DNA of 62,499 nucleotides, counting the filler. It is 7 parts of 7 records of this genome, joined end to end, with 100 filler letters (N's around TTAATTAATTAA, not from the genome) between each part and the next. Parts side by side here need not be neighbours in the genome. Positions count along the whole stretch, not along the records: positions 41,524 to 49,387 come from SRR7504441_26; positions 49,488 to 54,456 come from SRR7504441_28; positions 54,557 to 62,499 come from SRR7504441_39; 4 more parts are not named here. One strand, 5' to 3'. How positions within the stretch are numbered: the first letter of the stretch is position 1; every line of letters begins with the position of its first letter. Position numbers and translations under genes: made by a program. Shown here piece after piece: positions 49,001 to 58,900 of the stretch. Under the pieces are notes generated by a model. The model was given only the letters and a program-made list of their open reading frames with translations. It did no database searches and was not told the DNA's origin.

Positions 49001-49225
49001 CAGATCGAGAGCACGGAAGCCCGAGCGGCGATAAAGATGCGGTGGGACACATTTCTAGGGATTCGGAGCACGTGCAAAATCAGGGTGCCCCGGCAGGACG
49101 GTCCAATCACTAATCGGTGCTTCGAGAATTGCTATGATGAGAATATACTTTGCTTACTAGATGCGCTCCGTGAGTGTCTAGCAAATTCGAACAAGCACGT
49201 AGTGCATGTAAAATCGCATGTGTAA
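43070..49225 (+). CDS. Single-pass receptor (~2009 aa): hevein-like x2, Kelch propeller, Cys module, beta-helix (GGA repeats), TM, tandem TIR domains; introns 48064-48107, 48220-48258, 48763-48805
   Basis: CCNAEGWCGQGERHC..CDP...C; six RxGH/FGG Kelch motifs; repeated NxAxxGGAI; TM ILWYVLPPSLLVAIVGGVLAAVWIW. TIR1: DVIVSV...IFLPIL...HECETEL...IIPLLF. TIR2: EVVLSYQ...VVIAILSQSFMHSAACDMEL...IIPVFY. Confidence 0.85.
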
Positions 49226-49387
49226 TTAATGTCTATCATTATACTTTATTTTATGACAGATCGAAGTGGTGATACAGGCAGCTGACAGGCATCTCTGCGC
49301 GGATCAGGCCGTTGCTCGTGGACCCCGGCGGCACGCGGGATAGCTTGTGCGGCATGACGGGCGAGCTCTCCACGTTCCGGGTGGGCA

Positions 49388-49487
49388 NNNNNNNNNNNNN
49401 NNNNNNNNNNNNNNNNNNNNNNNNNNNNNNNTTAATTAATTAANNNNNNNNNNNNNNNNNNNNNNNNNNNNNNNNNNNNNNNNNNNN
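49388..49487. other. Artificial contig linker
   Basis: N44-TTAATTAATTAA-N44. Confidence 0.99.
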
Positions 49488-49723
49488 AGATAAGAAGCGA
49501 TACAATGAGGGTGTCGGTGATTAGTACTTGTTATTATTCTGCATTAGAAATTTCAATAGTACGAGTATTGATTCATGTTCACGATACCGGTCTATTTTTT
49601 TACAAGTTTACGTACAGCATTGACGAGATTCGCAACAACTATCGTACATGTAATCTATAGGTGTCCAGTGTACGCAGTACATAGTAGATAATGATAACGC
49701 TACACGTGCTCTCCATGACGCCC

Positions 49724-52700
49724 TCACACCTCTTCATCACTATCACTTTTATCTGGGACGTCGTGGACAATGTCTGTGGGAACCTCAGCTTCTTCGACTT
49801 CCATGGGTTCATCTGCACGTTCCGGCAATGTGTTGTCACCGTCATCATGCTCAAGCTGGGTTTTTCTAGCTGGCGCATTAACTTCTGCAGGATGCTGCTC
49901 AATCACCATGGACATTCCACCATCCTACCACACAGAGAAATCAGATGGGACCAGATAAGACTCAAAGACACGAGTGAAAAAGCAGCAGCTCCGCAACGAT
50001 CAAGAATCAACTAGTAAATGCCCAAAGTGATCCAAGCCAGTCAAATTCAAGCCAGACAGATTCAGACCTGTGGGTCTGCCAGCGAAGCCATTGCTGTTGA
50101 AAACACCTTCCGCAGCTGCAACGAACTGTTGTATATCTCAGAACCCTGACAAAAATAGGTTATAGCAACAGGCACACAAAAGAAATCGGTGAATTTGCAC
50201 ATGAAGCAGAATTCATACACATACCTCTAAGTTGAAAGACTCAGCATTCTTGAACATCAGCTCCATGTCGGCTTTGAAATCAGATGCATTCTGATATGGC
50301 TTCCTCTTACCTGAAAGAAAAGATCAACAACGCTTATCTCACTGCAAGTGCATCGAAGCCTAGTAGCGCCTACCTTTGAGCCGACTCTCGATTGTTAGCA
50401 GGTCAATTGGATTGCTGATGATTGTATAGTAGTATGGAAGCTCTTTCCGTGTTGGGAGCTTGACGAACAGTTCGCAGACCTGTCCATTTATCACAAGACA
50501 TGTAGCAGCAGTAGATTTCGTGGCCCATCACACAACATTCTCACAGGGTTGGAAGTCAAGTGGCAAGCTACCTGGTCTCCAGCTTCGTCTTTAAGATCGT
50601 ACACTGCTTGATAGGCAGGCATCAGCTTGCTTGCGAGTTGCTGCCATGCTCCATCATCATCGTCTGAGAGGCTTTCATCTTCGTCCCTTCGACGTTTTTT
50701 CCGAACCCTCGCTGAAACAGGCACACACGATCATTGATTGGTCTATATCTCCTGGTGGAATGATTAGGTAGGGACAGATGTACCTGGTCTTTGCTTCTTC
50801 TGCGCTTCTGTGCCATCTGGTGCTCCCTCCCTGCATAGTCTCTCGAATTCGCGTTCGCTCATCTCTGTATATCTCACTTCACTCTTCCTTCGAGCACCAC
50901 GACCCATTTCCAGCAAGTCGTCTTCGGATTCTTCACTTGCCTTACCATCATCATTCTCCAGTTGCATTGTCTGGTACCATTCAGGAGCCTAAAACGAGGA
51001 AGGGCAATATATCAGTCCATCTTGAGTTGGCAAAGGAAAATCACCTCGCCGAGAGCAAACAGAGGTGGTATAGTGTAATTGTACCGCTCATAAGGTTCAG
51101 CGTTCCCTTGATCCATCTTGTCAAATAGCTGCTTCTCATCCTCGTTCCGTGCTAACATGTCATTGATCTGACCGGTAATCAAGGGGCCACACCATTACAT
51201 GCACAATTACCTGCTCATCTGTGGCAACTCCCTCTTCATCATAATCCTCGTTATCCTCCTCAAGTACAGCTCTCAAGGCCTCTTTGCGGTCTTGGTTGGT
51301 CGATTTGTTGTTAAACTTACCTGCTTGGATAACCTTAGCATCAAGCCGTAGCTTTTCTGTAGCTCGGCTAAGGATCTGTTCCTCGACTGCTGAGCAGGTC
51401 ACAAACCTCAGCACACGAACCTACAAAACACAGATGCATTCAGCATGGATAAAGTGCGCTTAGGAAATTCAATCAAATTACCTCTTGTTGCTGTCCGATT
51501 CTGTGTGCACGATCTTGTGCTTGTAAGTCCATTTGAGGATTCCAATCTGAGTCAAAAATGATGACAGTGTCTGCAGACTGGAGGTTGAGTCCAAGACCAC
51601 CAGCCCTAGTCGAAAGAAGAAAGACAAAAATGTCTCGATCCACTAGAAACTGTGCCATGCGTTCCTGTCGGTCATCAGCTTTCGTCGCCCCATCCAGGCG
51701 GACGAAGCGGTAGCCACGGAACCCAAAATAATCCTCAATGACATCCATACACGATGTCATTTGAGAAAACAGAAGTACACGATGACCTGTTCGATGCAAT
51801 TTGGGAAGAATATTATCAAGTACCCGAAATTTCCCGCTTGAACGAACAATATCTTCGTCAATATTCCATTCAGTCAGGAAGAGGTATGGGTGATTGACCA
51901 CCTTTCTCAGCTGCATTAAGGTGTTCATCAAGGAGCGTGAACCTGGCTTACCAGTGGTAGGATCCGCTTCAGTCCTTCCACGTTCCCGGATATCGTGATA
52001 GAACTTTTTCTGCCAACCAGACAGGTCGATCTTGACTATCTTCTCCACTTTCTCAGGGAGCTGACCCATAACTTCAGACTTGAGTCTGCGAAGCAGGAAA
52101 GGCCTCAATACTTGATGGAGACGATTCACAATCAAAATTGTCTCCTCTTCAGTCAGTTCAACTTTTTCTCCTGTATTAGCCAATGGTGCAGCAAACCAAT
52201 TCTCGAAGTTATCAACTGAATTGAAAATTGTTGGCAGTAGAAAGTTGAGCAAAGCCCACAGCTCAGGAATGCCATTTTGCAGAGGTGTGCCAGTCAGGAG
52301 TACGCGATTCTTCGACTGATATTGGGTACCAAGAATTTGAGCCAACTTACAGCTTGAATTCTTCATTCGGTGGCCCTCATCCACAATAATGTACTTCCAT
52401 GAGCGGAACCCCTTGTATGGACGAGTGAGGGCAGTTTTATCCCTCATGGCGTAGTCGTACGTTGTCAGTACAACATTGAAATCACCCTCACCAATATCTT
52501 GTGCCATGAGCCTTTTCCGTTCTCCAGGGGTGCCCTTATACACGACGAGTTTAAGATCTGGGCACCACTTACCAAACTCGTTTGACCAATTGGATACTGT
52601 GGAAAGCGGTACAATAATGAGCCAAGGTCCATGTTCACCCTTTGATTCATAAAGATAAGCAAGCAAGGCGATAGTTTGAATGGTCTTTCCAAGGCCCATT

Positions 52701-54456
52701 TCATCTGCAAGGATTCCGTTTAGATTATTGTTGTGCAGTGAGACTAGCCACTTCAAGCCATGCATCTGGTATTCCTTCAGCTTCCCACCCACAAGCATTT
52801 GAGGCTGCTCCGTAATCTCTTCCATGACACCGTGAGCGAGAGTATAGTATTCATCCTTTCTTTTTCGCAGCTGTGTAAGGGTCTGATCATCTTCACCCTC
52901 TGCCCCTTCCACCTCCTCGTCATCCAGCTCCATGATCTCATCTGCCTCCTCGCCAGCTTTGATAGAGGTTTCTTCGAAGTTCCATGGATCCACAGCTTTG
53001 GGAGCATCCTTCTCAACTTCCCTGTCATCTGGCTCTGGTTGCTTATCTTCTGCCTCTGATGCCACTTCCGATTGTGCAGCAGCAGGCTCAGCGCTGGCAT
53101 CGTTGGCAGCATCACCACCTGGTGCAGCTTCCTCTGCAGTGGCATCACCCTCGCCATCCTTCTTCTTCTTCCTACGTGGGGTGCTTGGCAGGTCCTCACT
53201 AATTTGCTGCTGCTGCTTGTTGATCAGTGCACCAATCTGCTGGAGGTAGCTATCTGTTTGATTGAGCAGCGTCATAAGTCTGTCGTTTTTGCCTGATTTG
53301 AGCAGCCTGAAATATTCTTCCTCATTGTTTTCCTTCAGAGCTTTGAGACGTTCTTTCTCTTGCTTCTCTTTCTCCAGCTTTTCATTCCTCAGCTTCGTAT
53401 TGCGCGCCAGAGCCACCTGAACCATTCAGCTCAGCCCAAAGAATACACAGTGGGACCTGTCGCCAGAGTCTCTGGTCGCGCTGCTTACGTTGCTTGTGAA
53501 ATTCACGGAAGGATTTGGCATGATTTAAGACGTGTCTCAAATACTCCCTGTGAGCCTGACGCTGCTGGGCCAGCCGCTGTCTTTGCTTTGCGCCTGTGGA
53601 GCATCGTCTCAGATGGAACAATTGGTTCAGGCTACCCATTCGAAGCATCTCCTCAGATTCACCGTCGCCAGATGCGAGCATTGTTGGGGTGTAAAATTGG
53701 AGTTGCTGTCGGTTTTCAACTAGCACCGATTGAACCTGCCAGCAACTACCCTCAACCCGCTTTAACACTACTGCACGTACTTTGGGGGTGGCCAATCGGC
53801 GATAAGTCATCTGCGGAGGCCTGACTCCTTCGGAAGCAACCACTTGCTGACGAAGCTGGGGCAGAAGTCAGCGCGGGACCAGCTCGACCGTCACCTGTCG
53901 CTGGAGTTTGCTCAGCCGAAGTTGCTTGAGCTCAATCAAAGCTCTCAGCCGAGACTCGTTAGACAGCGGCCCCCGCAGGTCTGTCCAAGCTATCAGGTGC
54001 ACCTGCAGCTGCCAACACCCACCTGACAACTCCCGCACCCTTTGCTCCACTCTCAAGTCCCCGCTGGGCTGCACCCCCGGCTTCTTGTACAGAGATCTCA
54101 AGCGCGCCTCCGCAGGCTGTTCCACACCCAACAAGTCAGCTGCCGAGTTTTGGCAGGCTGGCGCCTGCTCCAGCTCCGGTTGTCCCCAGCCTGGTGCTAC
54201 GAGATTCCGGTGGTTATACACGTGCTTGTCTTGAAACTCAGCGCCATCGCTAAGGATCGCTTCGGCCTCCGTCTCCTGGAGACAGCGATTAATCCCGCGG
54301 GCTTGGCAGCTATCAGACCGAGATTTCCCCGTTGATCGCGGCCAGAGCTGCGTCGGGGACCGGAAGATTGCGTGCAAGCAGGCGGAAGGCATAGAGCTGC
54401 GCCCGAAGTTGCAATTGCTGCGCATCTGTGAGGGCAGACGGCGGCTTTGTGCTCAT
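49724..54456 (-). CDS. SNF2: SWI/SNF ATPase Snf2/BRM/BRG1 (QLQ, HSA, SNF2 ATPase, SnAC, bromodomain); many introns
   Basis: QLQ motif [22 protein letters not shown] follows the ATG at the contig edge. Then [47 protein letters not shown] and bromodomain LFVKLP...YY.II.NPIDL...NAESFN. Confidence 0.95.
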
Positions 54457-54556
54457 NNNNNNNNNNNNNNNNNNNNNNNNNNNNNNNNNNNNNNNNNNNN
54501 TTAATTAATTAANNNNNNNNNNNNNNNNNNNNNNNNNNNNNNNNNNNNNNNNNNNN
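54457..54556. other. Artificial contig linker
   Basis: N44-TTAATTAATTAA-N44. Confidence 0.99.
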
Positions 54557-55680
54557 TGTGATCGAAGCCGATGCTGGGACGGTTCCGGCTGCCCTGGCCG
54601 CTGCGCGAGCTGCTGCGCGGCAGCATCTGCCCGGCCAGCCCGCTCTCCCGGCTCGGCGGGCACAGCGACGCGCTGTGGGCGATCTGGCAGCGCACTGTCC
54701 ACCGGGACCTGACCCAGCCCCCGATCCGGCTCGGGGTGGCCCCGACGCCCACCCCGTGGTCCGGCCCAACCTCCGCGCGCGGGCAGCTCCCGGTGGCAGA
54801 GCACGGGGCCAACCAGCATGGGAGCAACGTGTACTGCGTGGCCCAGCTGGCCGACGGCAGACTGATCTCCGGCTCGCGGGACCGATCGCTGAGGGTGTGG
54901 GACCAAGTCTCTGGACTGTGCGCGCTCACACTCGAGGGGCACCAGGCTGGGGTAGGCTGCTGCGCCGGGCTGCGTGACGGGCAGGCCGTGAGTGGGTCCG
55001 ACGATCAGTCCATCAAGCTGTGGACTGTGGGCGGCGGTGGGCTGTGCGCGCTCACGCTCTGTGGGCACACTGGGTGGGTATCCTGCTTGCTCGAGCTGCC
55101 GACCGGCCAACTGGCCTCGGGCTCAGGGGATGGATCGATTAGGCTCTGGGGTCTTGACTCCGGCGAGTGCACCAGCGTGCTGCCTTCTGTGGGAAGCTGG
55201 GTGCGTTGCATGGCCCTCTTGTGTACTGGCAGCGCGGCTGAAGGGACGGTTCTGGTGTCTGGCTCGGATGACAAGAAGCTGCGGCTATGGGAGCTGGCCC
55301 GGGGAGCCTGCATGCTCGAATGGGAGGCGCACGATGACGGCAAGGTGAGTTGCGTCTGCGTGCTGGGGCAGCAGCGGATGGCCACCGGGTCGGACGACAA
55401 ATCGGTCCGGGTCTGGCGGCGAGCGGGCGACAGGCTGGAGCTGGAGTACACGCTTCGAGGGCACAGCAGTCATGTGAGCTGCGTGCTGGGGCTGTCGAGT
55501 AAGAGAGTGCTTAGCTGCTCGAGAGACTGTACGGTTCGGGTCTGGATGCTTGGCCGGGTTGCAGAGTGCGTGATGTGTCTGTCTGGATGGCATCGGTACG
55601 GGATCACCTGTGCGGCGTTGCTCGACACCGGACAAGTGGTTACGGGCTCAACTGACAAAACTTGCCTCGTGTGGGGATGA
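54557..55680 (+). CDS. WD40-repeat protein (7 repeats), possibly 5'-truncated
   Basis: Repeated GH...V.C......SGS.D..L..W motifs. Confidence 0.9.
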
Positions 55681-55964
55681 GCTCGAGCGAAATATTCAAA
55701 TTGATCTTGAAACCAAAATTTGCAAGGGTGTCAACCCTTCATTTCAATAACTGTCATGACTGTATACTAATAATTGTATACGTGACAAGTCAGAAATAAG
55801 TTCTAAGAAATATGACATTGTGAGACTAAAAGTTCAAATGTTTAATCTTACATAAGCTTAAATACAATCATGTACCGGTACTGCGTATACTATCTTAATA
55901 CTATCTTGTCATGTGAGTCATCATTGTAAGTCACATACAACACTGGTATCTGATGGCACTGTAT

Positions 55965-58900
55965 TCACACGTGATCATCAACTTGATCAGCGCTTGGTCG
56001 GACCACTTCCGGCTTCTTTTTTACTTTCTTGTACCCGTAATACCCGTCGTTGCACCAGGGCTCACCATCGCCGAATAGGGAGTAGCACCCGCGCCTCCTA
56101 CGCACCTGTACTTGCTCCTTACTCTTATCCTCCTTTTTCTTTGCCTCCAGCTTCCGCTGAGGAGCCGCCTCGGCTTTCCCCGAATTAATTTGGAATAGGT
56201 CCCTGAGATTTTGCTTCTTGGCCAGCACTTCGATCCCAGCTTGCATCGACACGTTTTTGAGTATTCGCAGGTTCCATTCGCGCCAGTGCTCTCTCAGCCC
56301 AAACTGAATGCATGATGTGTCCTGTGTCTTACAAAATAGCTCCCACAGCTCCTGGTGCCCCTCACGGCCATAAAAGCAAGTTGTACCAACTGTCGAGACC
56401 GCTGGGGACAGAGGCACGTCCCCGTCCGTCTCAACATTTGGTCCAAGCTCGTTTTTATTCGCCTTGTCACGCAATGCCTTTTGCCTCTGGCTGCGCATCT
56501 TCCGCTTGAACAGACTCCAGTCCCCGAAGTCGAGTTCACGCCGAGTCAAATTCCAACTCATCAACCAGCTAATGACAAACAGCGCTGATCCGGCCAGATA
56601 GACCGTATCTGAGATATCTGATGCATCGTAACCTTGATCGAACGCCATCGCATTAAAGAATCCATTGGGAGGTTTTTCACGCGGCGACGCGGATAGATAG
56701 AGAAAGAGCATCTCAAGGATATTGTTGAAGAATCTGCCGGCAGCTTAGTCCAGCCGGCAGGGGCTCAAACCTGATACGCATTGGCGGGACATCCTTGAAG
56801 ATTGAGAAGGCACTGCTCTGGTACAAGAAGCGGGTATGCCAGCTACAACACTGCTCCTGGGAGCGATCTAACTTGTCCCTGCAGCGGTCCTTGATCCCTT
56901 GATTCACTTGGATCATCACCCGAGGCTCGTAAACAACCAGGAAATTCACCGGGATATAGGCTAGTAAGAACCAATAACGTTTCTCGGACTTCCACGATTC
57001 CTCTATAGATTCTTTCTCTTCGTCTGTAATCTCTGCGAGCTCGTCTGAAGTCATTTCATGGAGATCGGGCGAGCTTGCATAACTGGATACACGGTCAGAT
57101 CAGATCAAGCGGCACATTACATCGGCACCTGCTTACTTTAGAGTATAACATCCAGGAAACGAAAGTTTGGTGGAGAAACAGCAGAATAATAAAGCATTTG
57201 AACGTGACTGTAAACACAGAAATGGCAATGACACGCGCTGAAACTTCGAGCAGGGTCTGGACGAACACTTCGACCACCTTGAGTGGCGAGTAGTGCTCAA
57301 TGGTCTGAAGCATCCGGAATGTGCCTGTGTCCGCCATGCCATACCCTCGCGAGTGGTTGCCTTGCAGTTTCATACTGGTCAAGGCCGACACAGAACCGAG
57401 CACCGAAAATCCCAAGCTAATACAGATTGTGAGCCGATCTGATTCACTCATCTCGTTGCTCAACGAAGTAGCTAGCACAATATATGCACTGAGCATCATT
57501 TGAGGCATCGACTCAACCACCACCTCAGCTACCTTGAGTCTGTGGTGTGCCCATACTGCGCTGACAGCCACTGGGTATTTGCAATCCTCTGCCCCCAGCA
57601 CCACATTATCTGTAGCATGGCACACAAAGAAGCAGGCAGCGATCAGGGGTCCAAGCCCAAGCATTCCGGCTACGAACGCTAGAAAGCACAGGCAACATTT
57701 TTGTGACCAATTTTGCGACCTTTCAGCACTGTATTCGATTTCTTCCACTTCCTCCAGAACAAACGACTCTCTTGCCCTCACAACAGATTGCCTGCCACCA
57801 GCGGTGGCCTCGCTACTGGACATTTGAGATTCTCTTGCAAAGATTGAAGCCAGCTCGCTAGCACGTTTGAAGGCATTGAATGCAGTGATGCCCGACATCA
57901 CAGCCGAGGTCCCGATGATAGCAGTAGTCATTCCGAACCACCACCAGTCTTCGTCCTTGAAGTACACATATGCAGCTGCAATGTCAGATCCAGTGTCGGC
58001 TAGAGTAATGAAAGCTGTGATAATAGACATGGCCCGGCGGAGCCTGGCCGCACTCCTTTTTGTCAGCTTGGATTCGATGAAATTCAAGTCATTCGCAACC
58101 GCGAGATCCTCGGGCTCCCAGCCGAGCATCTCAAACTTTTCGAGCTTGATCTGCTGGTCCGCCGCCTGCCAGCCTGGTGAGCGCCGATTCCTGTGGGCCT
58201 AACTTGCCTGGTCAAACTCGCCAAGTAAAATTGCAGGCACCAGCGAGGTCGGAATGCAGCAGCAAAAGTACCCGTCAGGCTCTTGCTGGAGATCGCACTC
58301 TATATCCTTTTGGATCTTCTTAAAAGCATCTAGCCGCTTTTGGAACTTGAACTTGTGGATTTCCTTGTAAGTTTCGTTTGCAGAAACCAGTGACTTCTCT
58401 ATTGCCGAGATCCACAACCTGTCTCTCAGTTAGGACGGCAGGTCAAGCTCGGGCAGGTGCCTTTGCTGGTACGAGCTGTGCTCACCCACATGCTCGTGTA
58501 GCATGGCTATCACTCGATCGAATAGCGCCTGGCGGGATTTCTCCTCTCCTGCTTTCTTCCTTTGGCGGTAGAACCAGCCTGTGGACAGCCTGATGAGCTC
58601 TTTCGCAAACTCTTGGTCCTCCAGGTGTCTGACCTGTTCACACACATCCCGTTCGCACTGCTCGATCTTGTCCCTCTCGTCGTTGAGCATCATCTGCTCC
58701 CTGCGGGTGTCCTCGTTCACTTGGAGCTGCAGAATCTGGGCGATGTTCCGCTGAAGCTGCAGTACCTTGCCCGAAGCCAGCTCGAGCATCTGCTCCTTTA
58801 GCTTAATCCGGTGCTCTGGGTCCACGTCATTGACCTCAATCCCACATGCTTCGATCACCGTTTTCGTCTTCTCGAGCGTGAGCGCCAGCTGCAAGTTGCT

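Noticed and set aside
4301-49225. A physically linked defence island made of the ART, HET-LRR and TIR receptor genes
   Set aside because: The three genes lie on three different contigs, so linkage cannot be inferred.
12790-54556. Six identical TTAATTAATTAA elements flanked by N runs, as a repeat family or array
   Set aside because: Identical 100-nt synthetic spacers with six-frame stops; they are concatenation artefacts.
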